DNA from: Spirogloea muscicola
Taxonomy: Eukaryota
Assembly: GCA_009602725.1 (NCBI GenBank)
Contig: WELB01000020.1
Coordinates: 1,059,623 to 1,123,622, forward strand
Length of the DNA: 64,000 nucleotides
Reading direction: 5' to 3'
Part shown: one piece after another, positions 37,991-50,175 of the stretch
Layout of the letters: every line of letters starts with the position of its first letter
How positions within the stretch are numbered: the first letter of the stretch is position 1
Position numbers and translations under genes: made by a program
Notes under the pieces: model-generated
What the model was told of the DNA's origin: nothing
The model's input: the letters and a program-made list of their open reading frames with translations, nothing else
The model's database searches: none

Positions 37991-39507
37991 CAACGAAGCA
38001 CAAAGGGAATTCGTACGCTCTGAGGCTCATTCAATCAAATAGCATGTAGGGTTTTTCAGTTGATTTCACAGTGGTTGGGCTTTATCCGAGGAATTTGTAG
38101 AATCTTTTATGTGATTATTTTTCCATTTTCTTGATCTCGAAAAGGGTTTTCTGTGTCGATAGGCAAGACCAAATTCTGGAATAGAGACTACTTGACCATC
38201 TACACACAGGCTTTTTTGACACATCCATTGTCTTGCTGTGAAAATAGAATCGCAAAATAAGATACGAACAAGCAAAACATCTAATCTTTTCTCCAAATTA
38301 GAAAGTAAACTCTTTTTTTTAATTTAAATAAGTAAAAGTTCTCTTTTGTTGCATTTTAAAAATTGGTAGTCAACCATATAAAGGAAAGAATTCTGTGTAT
38401 AAGAAACAAATGTAGGCCAAATGGCCAAGTACGAAGGCAAGTACATCTAAAGATCTACGTAACCTACAGCAGATTGACCCGCTCAATAACCACAGGTCAA
38501 AACAGAAAGGTCACTAATCGATGCGTGAATACTAGATGCCAGAAACGGAGCCCTTCTGCCACCAACCAGAGCTCGCCCAGCTTTCTGGTGCAAGGCACTA
38601 GCCTGAGCACGCTGCAAACAGGCCGAAACTCGTCGTAATAGCGACAGATATGCAGCTGGCAAGCCCATCTCAGCCGGAAAAACATCTGCACGTCGAGTGT
38701 AGCCTAGATTGGCAATGTTTTGAAGGAGGGTGTGGAAACGAGGACCCAGACAGCCAAAGATGTCAATTGCCGCTGGCAGGAGCTGATCGCGTTGGGGGGA
38801 ATCGGAGTAGTGCCGCTGTTTTCTTTGTTCTGCACCGCCCACTGCGTGCCCAGCGATGTGTGTCGATGCTGGGCCTTTATATGCCTCCGTAACAACAACG
38901 TCGACCAGGGCCCGTGGTCCTCCACCAGGTTGCACGCGCCACAATGGCAAGTGTGCGGCGATGATGACGTCCCTGGGCGTCCGTGGTGATAGGCATGATA
39001 TTGTTGACTTCCACAACCGCACGGTAGCCGGCGTCGCGCATCAAGCCCGCCAGGGCATTGCAAAAGAGGTTGTGAATGCCCACCACTTCTGCTCCAGTGG
39101 GGCATCTCGGCATGTGAGTGGCGAGCTCAGCACCCTGTGCACGGATGCCGCACTCGTACTGGCGCACCCCAATCAGGCAGTTCGGTGGGAGGCCGAGGAA
39201 GAGTTGAAGCGACGTCCGAAAGGCCTCGGAGCTGATGCTGAAGGCGTTGGCGACGGGGGGAGAGGTGATCCAGTCAGTGGCACCAGGTGTGGCCAGAGAA
39301 GTAAGTCTTGCCAAGCTCCTTGGATTGTTCTGAATCTCTGGCAGCCTCCTCAACCTCCTGCGGCGTTCGTCTTCCACTGCCGTAATCAGTCTGGATTGTG
39401 CACCTCTAGAAGCTTGAGCGAGGGTGGAAAGGGGATAGTTTCTTCTTTCTTTGTAATCGCTTTGCAAAATCTGATTAATTTTTACGATTTTGATTTTGAA
39501 GTTTCGA
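37990..39507 (-). pseudogene. rps4: NUMT: mitochondrial rps4, split by a retrotransposon insertion
   Basis: The 5' piece (39507-39433) reads DFAKRLQRKKKLS. It resumes at 38381 with LYG*LPIFKM, then the S4 motif LSNLEKRLDVLLVRILFCDSIFTARQWMCQKSLCVDGQVVSIP, and the C-terminus HCEIN*KTLHAI*LNEPQSVRIPF. Confidence 0.82.
38382..39432 (-). mobile_element. 5'-truncated CRE-like non-LTR retrotransposon (zinc knuckle plus restriction-like endonuclease)
   Basis: ARLTSLATPGATDWI..P..FRTSLQLFLGLP..CG..HMPRC..HN..E..DVVV..AEQRKQRHY..LPAAIDIFGCLG..RRVSACLQRAQA..TCGY*, the C-terminal architecture of RLE-clade elements; one frameshift. Confidence 0.8.
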
Positions 39508-39872
39508 CCGCCCGGCCACACACAGAGCCGCATCCAAGGTGGGTGGCAGCCATAGCTATAGCGCACAGAGCAGCGCGATCGCCCCAAGAATCAGATACTT
39601 AGCCCGATGTGCCGGGGCATCCCTTTACCCACTTCGTTGATCTTTTCTCTGGGCAGGGAGGACCGGCACAGCTGTAATGCATCCCACCGTTTTGGGCGCC
39701 AACCAGTGCTCTTAGCGGTCACATGGTTGGAAAAGTTGCGGGCAAGTTCCACCGAAATTGCCTAACTTTGAGGCCGTCAGCTTCGAGACGCACGAAACAT
39801 TCCTGTGCCGTTCCGGCAGCCGTCCCCTCATCGTCCTTGAGCGACCTGGCTTAGCCAGGTGACCCCTAATTT

Positions 39873-40610
39873 GCTGCCACTCACATGCCGAGATGCCCCA
39901 CTAGACCAGAAGTGGTGGGCATTCACAACCTCCTTCGCAATGCCCTGGCGGGCTTGATGCGCGACGCCGGCTACTGTGCGGTCGTGGAAGTCAACAACAT
40001 CATGCCTATCACCACGGACGCCCAGGGACGTCATCATCGCCGCGCACTTGACATTGTGGGCGTGCAACCCGGTGGAGGACCACGGGCCCTGGTTGACGTT
40101 GTTGTTACGGAGGCATATAAAGACCCAGCATCGACACACATCGCTGGGCACGCAGTGAGAGGTGCAGAAAACTGCGGCACTACTCCGATTACCCCCAATG
40201 CGATCAGCTCCTGCCAGCGGCAATCGACAGCTTCGGCTGTCTGGGTCCTCCTTTCCACACCCTCCATCAAAACATTGCCAATCTAGGCTACACTCGACGT
40301 GCAGATGTGTTTCCGGCTGAGATGGGCTTGTCAGCTGCATATCTGTCGCTCTTGCGACGACGAGTTTCGGCCTGTTTGCAGCGTGCTCAGGCTAGTGCCT
40401 TGCACCAGAAAGCTGGGCGAGCTCTAGTTGGTGGCAGAAGGGCTCCGTTTCTGGCATCTAGTATTCATGCATCGATCAGTGACCTTTGTCTTTTGACCGT
40501 GCTTATTGAGCGGGTCAATCTGCTGTAGACTATGTAGATCTTCAGATGTGCTTGCCTTTGTACTTGGCCATTTGGCCTACATTTGTTTCTAATACACGGA
40601 ATTCTATCCT
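39873..40610 (+). mobile_element. Second copy of the same CRE-like element, inverted relative to 38385-39130
   Basis: Near-identical reverse complement of 38385-39130 (MPRCPT..HNL..DAQGRHHRR..RVSACLQRAQASALHQKAGRAL), including the 3' UTR. Confidence 0.85.
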
Positions 40611-42170
40611 AGAAGGTCCGCACATGAGGGCCCAGGTGGTTCTCTATTACCTCTGGATTGCAGGTCTTCCCGTGGCCCTGACGGGACCTGATGGCGGCAG
40701 AGGCGCTGTCCCTAGCAACTTGGCACAGGCGCTTGTCGTACTACATTCTTGTGGCGGGGTGCCCCTGAAGAGCGGCTGGCACGGAGAAGCACTGGAAAGA
40801 CAATAAAACTTTAAGAGGGGAAAACAACCACAATACAGGGCGATGGCTGTGATCGGCTAGCCCAGGAGAAAGGGAATATATACAATTCAAGGGACCAGAA
40901 TGCGCTGAAGGAAAAGAAGCTAAAGCGCACAGCGAGTGTGTGGTCCGCTGGGTGCTCAAGATGCCCTGTTGAGCAGCCGAAAATCGGGAAACCAGTCTCC
41001 CGGGAAGGACTCCGAATGTAAACCCTGTAAGGATCGGGCCGGGACCCGGCTGAGGGAGCCCGGAACGGTGAAGCCCAGAAAATCGGTGAAGCCCAGAGAG
41101 GCGCGCAGTAACGGCAGTGGCTGGCCCTTGGTGGGCTAGCTGCCGGCTGGTGCCCAGGAGGTGGAGACGCTGCCTAACAGAAGCGCCACGGGGCACAGTC
41201 TTCCACGCCGCCAACAAGCGAGTGCTTCCTTGGACGGGGTTGGCTCCTAAACCCCCTACAGCCGAGTCTGAGAAGGATAACTCACCCCTGACTGTGTTTG
41301 TGAGGGCAGGTTGTCACACCTTTGGACAGTACCCTGTAGACTCAGGTCATTGTTATGCCGCTTTCAAGTGAAGCAAGCTGTAAAGCTCATCCAAGAAGGG
41401 GCCTTGTCGTCGAAGTGTATGCTCCCACCGGTGCAATGCTTTGGGACAGATATGCACTTACTTGGAGAGAAGAAGAGCTTCAGTGGTGAAGAAAAATGTG
41501 TGTAGTGATCAAGACAAGTCTTGCTGCGAGCTTGAAGCAACCGAAAGAGAATGACAACATTCACAAAGATCGAGAGACTTGGCCCTCGACCTTTCGTAAT
41601 GAGATTCGTGCTCGCATCTGTGCGCAAGGCTCTGGCTCAGACATCACTTGAGAATAACGAGTACCGGAAGTCCAATAAGCAATGTATGTTGGATTGAGGC
41701 AGTGTTATTTCGATGAGCAAGTTTTGTAGTGGTCAAGACGAGATTCCAATACTGCGAGCTCGAGATGACCTAAGTGATGCTCACATACATTACAAACGTA
41801 AAGAATCTTGACTCGTAAGTTTGATTGACAATCTCACAAGCTCTCTGCTTTAAGGTCTGCATCTTCTCGCTTGTCATAGCAGCAGCATGTTAAAAAGGAG
41901 GGCGAATTTGGAGGACTTGACAAGGGTGTCCTTGAGCAGCCTCAAGGCTGCAAAGGGTTAGTCCAGAGGTATATATGACTTGCATTAAGGCTTATACATG
42001 CGAAGTCCTCTTGGTCTGAAAAAGAGGGTGATCTAAGAGGTGGGCAACACATCGCCTTAGCCTGAGATTGCCATTCCAAATCTCGAGGCTTTTGTGAAGT
42101 GAGTAGCCGTCCCAAAGTCGAGGGTCTTGTAGAGCAAGTGTAGACAGCTGTGTCTTCCGCTCGTGTGATG

Positions 42171-45100
42171 TCAATCCCCTCCGTCAAAGATGCAGCGAGT
42201 ACCTAAGCATTGGCCACTGTGGCCATTATAGTAGCAAGAGCCAGCGTTGTCAAAGAGGCAGGTTCCTTGGTCATCACAGAAGGCGCAGCAACCATAGGGG
42301 CACGGACCACCGCAAGGCGTGTCGACCGGCTTGTAGCTATCAGTCTGGCATATTCCCCCACTGCAAAGGCGGCATCACGTCAAGTAAAGCTGGACAGCAT
42401 TTCAAGAAAATTTAGCAGCTAGACAGCTCAGCCTTGCAGTCATCCATGGGAAAGGCTATCAACCCAAGACTGAGCTATTTAAGTAATAACTCAGCAATGC
42501 TGAGGCCCTGTCACACAGGCTGTGACAGGAAAATGACAAGATACAATGGAAGCAGCTCAAACTCGTCTCTTCGCTTTACCTGCACTTGCCACTGACACAG
42601 TCGGGGTAGGATGTTGTATTCAAGCCAGTTATGTTGCAAGGAGTGCCATCTGAGAGGAAGTTCAGCGTGCACTTGCCATTCCTGTAAAATTTAGAACAAG
42701 GATGAAAGAGTGAAAGTCAACAGGAAAGCCCAGGTCCTCACGAGGGCTAGAAGATGATTGCAAGATTGAAAGAGATGCAAACTGATAAGTGGGCGTACTT
42801 TTGAAGTCCTTGCTGGGTTTCAGTCTACAACCATGTTTACATGGCTCACACGGGTATGTGGCCTACATGCACGAAGCGGTAGCACAGCCCTTGTACTCAG
42901 CAAAGGGACCTGGGACGTAATTTATGACGTCAAAGGCCTTTGCGCAATCAGTGCCATCTGGAAGCGGAGAGACCTGAGCACAGGTGCCATTCCTACATGA
43001 AGAAGCACAGAGGCAAATTAGTACTAGTACACATGCTGATGAAGGATGTCAGGCTAAACATTGTCACATGTACCACACTATCTGCACAAGGGAAACGTCG
43101 TGGTCACACTGCGCATGCATGGGTCGTAGATTGTGCCATTGCATGATCCTCGCGCATCATGGACGGGTTATTACCTGCACTTTTGGACGCTGCAGAAGTC
43201 ATTCCCAGGGATGTAGTCACATGTTGTGTTGGCAGTTGCAGCGTAGTTGTACTTGCAGTGTCCAACACCACTGTCAGTGATGTGTCACCAGTGTTAGTGC
43301 CCAGCAGAAATGCTCACGGGTGCTTGGATATGAAGAAGACATGTCTGTACAATCTCCTTAATGCTTTGCGAGCCCCTCCAGAAATATTAAGTTACAGATG
43401 GTGCCTTACTCGCATGCTCCCTGCAGCCTGCACTGGACATTGTTAGAGTCGGGGAGAAAGTAGCAGGAAGAACCAGCGGTATAATAGCTCCTGACTGCAC
43501 AAGACCCGTTCCTGTAGAGGCCGACCACCAAGCCAGCAGCTGCCTTGTGAGTCCATTGCTGCAGAAACGATCAGGTCATCCTTGCATGCCCAATGTCATG
43601 AAGGCTGTGAACAGCTGCAGATTGGCACAGGGTGCCGATCTGCTCAACTACTCAACAATAAGGAGCACATTGCTTGGCAAGAATGTTGGAGCACTGACCA
43701 GCAGCTGAAACTGGCGCAAGAGGAGTCAACTCCAGCAACAGAAGGACAATATCCATCACTGAAGTTAGCCCGCGTGCACCGTAAGGTCGTAGAGCTGGAG
43801 AAGGGCAGAAACAACCAAAAACGTGAGGATGCAATACTAGCAACGCCATATTCCTGTGATGGAACATTCTTATATCAGGAGGCATGCAGTGTCACTTAGC
43901 AAGAAAAAGGTGCTGAAAGAAGACTCTTGTTCTCTGATGTCTCCAGCTGACAGATAAAGAAGCAGCTGCGCTCAACAGCCGCTCAAGGTCTGCAGTCAGC
44001 ACTTACTTGCAATCCGCATACGCACAATCGTTTTGGATGCTAGCCAGGTCCTGGCCAAGCAAACCTGGCTGCCAGTTCTGGCAACTGAGGCCGTAGTTGT
44101 CCACCAAGCAGGCTGCACATGCCCAGCGGAGAGACACTTTAACACGAAACAGCAATCTTCTGTCACATATACACAATGTTTGTGGAGCAAGCTGCATGGA
44201 CTGGTCGATATTCATAGCACTCCTGGAGACTCAATGCAATTGCTGTTCGAGTATCCAGAAATAAAGGGCGCTTCATGCGCTTCACGAGGGTTCACGAAAA
44301 ACCAGTGGAGCTGGGCCTACGGGCAGGGCACAGGGAGGAGGAAGTGACCCCTAAGCAAGGCGTGTTGATAGAGCACGCGGGCAGGATGAGGCTGTTCAAG
44401 ATGAAGATTTACATTCAGGATTCAGGTTCAAAACTTCAGGGTTTAGGGTTTAGGGTTTAAGGAGTCGGAACAAGGATAAGGGGAGCATCTATGGTACCCA
44501 CGTGGTGCAGGTAGGGCCGCACAGACTGAAGCTGGCCTCTGCCACTTTGTAGGGCGGCTAAAGCAGTTGAGGCTCATGTGAACAGGAATTACCTCCTCTG
44601 TGACGTTGTTGGGTGCTGGCCCACTGAAGTAGTTATCAGTGATATCCAGCCATGTCAAGTTCGTGGTTGAGGAGAAGAAACTCAGACTGAACACGCCCTG
44701 GAACTTGTTACGGCAAATGTCTCTGCCACAAAAACGATGATGGCCAAGATATATGACTTTGGAAAGGATCACCTGTCTATGATGGACATCCTTAAGTGGC
44801 ATCATATGCTTCAACACATCTTGTCCCTTACAATTTCCTCAAATTCCAAAGATTGGAAAAGGGCTTTGCTATCAGATTCGGGTCCGGCAGCGCCCCTCCA
44901 AATTGATTCCCTGCAATGTTGCTGCAAGAACAGGGCACACACACATACAATTCAGTAGCAGCTAGGTGCCAGATCTTGTTGCGGACTGTACTTTTCGCAC
45001 ATCTGGAGGCCGCCTTGTCCTACTGTGACTCAAGCACTCATGCACACCTGGTGCCTAACGTGCTTGTTTACTCTCAAGATTTACAAACTACCCGCCATTG

Positions 45101-47985
45101 TCACGCTGAGCTACATTTGGTGCTTATCTAACTTCCTAGAAGCGTCCATTACAACTGCTGTGCTGCTCAGGCACTGGGAAATCTTACAGGACTCGGAGAT
45201 AAGCTTTGGTAGAGTCTAACAGATTGACCGGAAATGTTCCAGTGAAGTTGTTGTATGATAAATCCCTGGATGGGGCAATGCAACAAAGAATGTGCTGATC
45301 AGTTGTGCTTCTAAGACCATGTCAGCAGCTCATCAGACCCCAGAGCAAGGAGCCTGCTTCATCAATTTGTCTGTGGGCAGCTTATGGACTTGAACAACTT
45401 CATGCCTGCAACTCAGAAGCTCATGCAAGGCAGAGGGGTATAATGAATGGCGAGTCATACACGATTTGGAGGCCGATATTCAAGGTGTACACTTCCGGTA
45501 CATTGATGGGGCCAGTCAACCGATTGTGAGCCACTTGACTGCATTGGCAGAAGTACACCACTCATGCGCTTTAGCTGGTGATTTAGCAGTGCACGTGCCA
45601 ACAGCTACATCTTGGATTCGATCTGTAGAAGCTTGATATAAAAGTTTCGTACTACATGAAGAGTTGAATTGATCTCAGCATATGTGCTGGTGGCTGGGAC
45701 GTATGAGTCATGAGTGGACAGGGCTCAAGAGAATGGAAAGCTTTGCAAGTAAATGCTTGGTTCTCACACTTTCTGAAGCGCTCCCATGTTTTGTATATTG
45801 GGGATTCCACCAGTGAGGCCGTTGTAATCCAAAATGCTGTAGAGATGGAAAATCAGCACTGATGCTGTACAGATGAATGTAAAGGTCACAATGAAGTATG
45901 AAGGCCTAGGCTCAAGGCTAACAAGCTGGAGCACCGGCAGCGTGCGAAATAACTGTGGAGGATGGGGAAAGATCATCTGCAAGATCTACAGCACCAATCA
46001 ATTCCTGTAGGGCGAGAGAGAAACTAGCCACACACAAGATGACGAGACGAGAGAGTTGTGTGATGGTGGTAGGTATGCTGCCTGTGAGATTGTTACAGCA
46101 GAGATGGCTGAAACATTGAGCAACAGAAGTTCACAGTTGAGTGTTTGTCAAAATCAGGACAAGGATCTGGGAAGGCTACAAAATACGTCTCATAACACTG
46201 CACATCATGCTGTGCACCTGCCCCCTAAATCAGCTTGCGTAGGCAGCTGCAGGACCAGCTTTAACTTGTGATACCAATACAAAGCAGAGATGATGCAGCA
46301 GAAGCTCATAGAACTCCACAAATTCGATAGCGTACCTGCTTCTTCTGTATCTGCTTTTAAGGTCAGGACAACACATATTTGCACCTGGTTGGTAGCTATG
46401 ATGCACATTGAGGTGCTTAAGACAAGAACTCACAGCAGGGTCAGCACGGATAGCTGCCCGATGCTGTCTGGAATGCTCCCACTTAAGTAGTTGTGGTCAA
46501 GGTTCCTGCAGGCGAACATGTAACATGAAGCACAGTGACCTTGCTTGATCTTCATCTGGCCACTCAAAAGCGCAGCAAGAACAGCAGAGAAGCTCATGCT
46601 GCAAGGTGAGCAGAGTTTGAGTTGCGCACAGAAGTTCGAGCTGGGTGAGAGCACCGACAGTTGGGGGGATGTTTCCTGAGAGCCGATTGCCATATAGGTA
46701 CCTTGCACAGCATGGACCACAGAATCAAGGTCAGGGTCTCAGTGACACTGGTGTGCAATCAGTTGACAAGCACGAGAAGCACCAGCTTGTACATGGCTGC
46801 TGCCAAGAGGTTTCTGCTGCGAGTACTGCAAGCAGGAAATTGTGGAGAGCAGGTCTCGCAAGCACGTCAGGCCCGTCAGATTGCCAATGGAGGCGGGGAT
46901 GCTCCTGTTGAGGTTGGCGTTCACGACCACTCTGCAATGCACACCCTTCGCCGCACTCGGATCAACCCATGTCGACAGACCAGAACGGTCTGCATAGCTC
47001 TGGCATTTGCACTTGTATGAATGACCTAAGAGAAGCTGTGCTTGCTTATTGCCACCAGAGTCCTGGTGGTGACGTTGGACACAGTGCGAGCCCCATCGTG
47101 AAAGGCGTGCAGCCCGCCACCAACCTGGGGCTCGGGCGTCTTGCCCATCCGAGCGCCTTCAAGGACCGGTATTGGTCTCATACTGCATACTGCATACTCA
47201 TAGCGAGCTGACGCAGTTGGTGCTCACGTTGCACTGGATGCCGTACCAGGCGCAGGCGCCACCCGTGGTGTGGCAGCCGGCGCAGGGGTCGAGCCCCACC
47301 CAGCTCGCCAGTATTGGTGGATGAAGCACGGCGGCCTGGAAGTCCTGCAGGGCCGCCACTGCACAAAGGAAAGCGCTCTTGGCGGCGCAGCCTCAGCGGA
47401 GCACACTGGACTAGGACAGCAGACAAGGTCTTGCAAACGGGCCCATGGCTGCAAAGCGCCAGGTCAAGGGGGAAGGACGAGAGGTAGGCCCTTTCAGTGG
47501 AGGGCGATGGCTGTGATATGGCGAGCTTAGAAGAAGTTCTGACGAGTAAAATTCGAAGGGACCAGCAAAGCGCTGCAGCACACAGCTACTCAAGTCCGGA
47601 GAGAAACAGCTCTCCCAATATAAGGAAGTGGCTATGGAAGGCCAGCTCAAAGGATAAGCCCAAAGGAATGTACAAGGTCCGTAAAGGCCGGATGACGCCA
47701 AAAGCAGGATATTCTTCTCCACGGAGTCAGCGAGTGGACAGGGATCGAACGTCTGGAGGACCGATGGCATGGCTGCGAATCGCCGGGCTGAGAGGGAAGC
47801 ACGCGGGCCTAACGGCGCCTGACGAGGCTAACGGGGCGCTCACGGCCGGGGTGCGGCGCGCCGGCCGGCAAGAGCCGCCGCGCAGGGAGCTCCGTGCCGT
47901 CAGCCGCGCCGTAACCCGCGGCGGCGAGGAGGGCGACGACGACGACGGTGGCGGCGCGCAGCAGCAGCGGCGGCGGCGGTGCCAT
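42171..47985 (-). CDS. Gene E: secreted LRR + Cys-rich paralog, 18 exons; coding frame intact but exon-2 donor is AT
   Basis: Exon 1 (47985-47844) is MAPPPPLLLRAATVVVVALLAAAGYGA. N-cap exon 47358-47202, then 9 LRR exons and 7 Cys exons ending ...QCLGTRCIFDGGD* (42171). The donor after exon 2 is ATGAGT (GTGAGT in F) and after exon 3 is GCGAGA (GTGAGA in F). Confidence 0.78.
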
Positions 47986-48019
47986 GGCGGGGGGTTGGCT
48001 GGCGGGGGGCGCTCCATCT

Positions 48020-49430
48020 GCCGGACGAAGGGCCCCATTACTTCTGAGACCGGCTACGCTGCGAAGGTAGCCGAACGGAAGAAGCTGCACAAGTACAAGG
48101 ACCACCCGGCGGGTGATACCTTTTACCCCCTGGCCATGGACATCCATGGGTGTTACGGGGGTCGGTGGTCCTCGTTACTTTCGCTGCTGGCCTCTCAAGC
48201 TGACCAGCGGCGCCGGGAGCAGGGTGCTGCCCTTCCCGGTGGCTCGGTGCCTTTGGGTCTGGTGTCCTGCTACCGTATGCGACTGTCTATGTCCCTGCAG
48301 CGCTCCCAAGCGCTTGCTTTGCACCGCCGCGCTGGTCGCGCCCTTGCAGCAGCCTCTGGCTTGCGCAGCGGGGTTGCTCTTCCTCCCCTCAGCTCATCTG
48401 ACTTCTTACTGCTGACACGGGGGTATTGAGGGCGCCCTGTCTGCCTAGCCTTTGGCTCCGTCATGAACACCTGTATGCATCTGGCTGGCATTTCACAGCC
48501 GATTCTTTCATATCAGCAGCCGCTTTCTCTTATCTGCGGCTCTGAGTTGGGGGGGTCGGGGGTTCGACTCCCGGCGGCCGCGGGGGAGGGGGGTGGGGGG
48601 GCCTGGTAACAGCTGTGGGCTGCGGAGGAGGGAGGGCGGGGAAGGGGCGGGGGCCGGCCCGGCTTGTCGCGTGGGTGGTGCTGCCCGTGCGCCGAGCGCC
48701 GCCCTGGCTTTCCGGCTGCTGTCGCCCGCTTGCCTCCAACGGATACGTGCCACTCATGCCACACGAGGAGCAGACTGGTCGGTCCCTTTGGGCGGGGAGT
48801 CGCGCTTTCTCGCGATTTGGGGCGTACTCAGTGGCTCGACCTCCTGCAGCGCCTTGCGCGTCGTACAGTGTCCTGCTGCCAAGGACAGCAGATTGAGCAA
48901 CCCGGCTTCAATGTAGCCGGGTCGCTGGCTCAAGTGTTCCGAATGTGCCTGGCACTATCCAGGAGCCAAGCTTCTCTGACCTGAGGCTGCTTAGCATGGG
49001 TTACTGAGTGCTTCGTAGCTGCTTAGTTTCTTGTTGTGCTTGTTTTACTTAGTGCTTCCCCTGGCCCCTTCTCGTACTTTGTTCATTCGTTTTTGGGCTG
49101 GCTTGTCTCAGCCTCCATCCTCAGTGGGCGAGCCCTTTTCAATATCCCTGCAGAGGTCCCTGCCATTGCCGTCCACTCAAATTGGAACCGCTGTTCTATG
49201 CCGGTGTCACGTGCGTGCAGGCCGCCCCTTGGCTGCTGCCTCCCGGTTCCGTCAGGGCGACGCTTTTCCGCCCTATGGTTATTCCGACTTGCACGTACTG
49301 ATGACTACAGGTTACTGAGAGCCTACTTGCTGACGTCTTCAAGACTAGTATCCTGCTCCTCAACCCATCCGGCCCTCTCAGGCCTTGTCCATTCCTTTGG
49401 GCTGGCCTCTCAATCTACTGCTGTCAGTCT
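48020..49430 (+). mobile_element. Nest of stacked 5'-truncated CRE-like retrotransposon ends
   Basis: GYAAKVAERKKLHKY..FYPLAMDIHGCYG..YRMRLSMSLQRSQA..LLTRGY* (to 48429). Further ends are LRLLSMGY* (~49007) and LHVLMTTGY* (49318), with 3' UTR hairpin motifs at ~49095 and ~49400. Confidence 0.78.
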
Positions 49431-50086
49431 GGAAGAGCTGTCCCTCATCGTCAAGACTCATGAAGGCGGCTGACGCGGCAGGGACAGCTGGGTACTTCAA
49501 TGGTGCTGGCAGTGAGTGGCGTGGTACGGTGCTTGCAAGCCTGCATGACTTTGATCGTATTCTGATCGCACGCGTACGGCCGACCGGCGACGCATTCCCG
49601 AACGGCCGGCGCGGCGCCGAAGGCGAGCCGGCAGCTTCCCCCCTCCTCGCCCGGGTTCAGGGTCCGACGGCCCGGCGCCCTGCGCCCCACCCCCCGCGGG
49701 CACATTACCCCACGGATACGATTCTCCGGTGGTCATGAGTATGAACACCCTCTGCATACACCTGGCTGGCGTTCACAGCCGCCAGTTGGTTATCACCTGC
49801 AGCGGCAATAGATTTCATTTCTTTCTACGGACTCGATGCCGGGCCGCGGCGACGCATTGCCCCCACGTTGCGTCTCATCATCTTCTCCCTCCGGAACGGC
49901 TGCGGGTCTAACGGCTGTGGGTTGTGCAGCCGGAGCCAAGGCAGCACTAATGCAGCAGTGGAATGGATTGGGCGTCTGCCAAGAGCTGTCTGATACAAGG
50001 GTGGAGCTCGCTATGGGAGAGCCCCTGCCGGCAGATGTCCCACAGCTAAGCAGCCAGCTGGTCGTGACAGTGCCACCTGCCTGAGC

Positions 50087-50175
50087 CACGTGTCAGTAAT
50101 GGACACGTGGACCACTACGTGCCGCCACGTGGATCATGACGAGTCTACACGTGGCGCCTTTGCATGTGCTACGTG
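50087..50175. promoter_or_regulatory. Cluster of six ACGTG (G-box/ABRE-like) motifs
   Basis: CACGTG at 50087, 50104, 50126 and 50148; TACGTG at 50116 and 50170. Function not demonstrated. Confidence 0.4.

Larger units (their letters stand above)
36585..47915. repeat. Left arm of large inverted segmental duplication (partner 54490-62905)
   Basis: 36585-37473 matches the reverse complement of 61930-62905. 39510-39826 matches 61609-61925. 41220-47915 matches 54490-61560, including introns. Confidence 0.88.

Noticed and set aside
37475..38381. Bacterial HGT or a functional nuclear tatC/rps4
   Set aside because: The motifs fit plant mitochondrial versions, and the frames are broken by stops and frameshifts.
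47497..48429. 310-aa ORF as a real gene
   Set aside because: It is a chance fusion of antisense gene E exon 1/intron 1 (GC-rich) with the C-terminus of a truncated retrotransposon.
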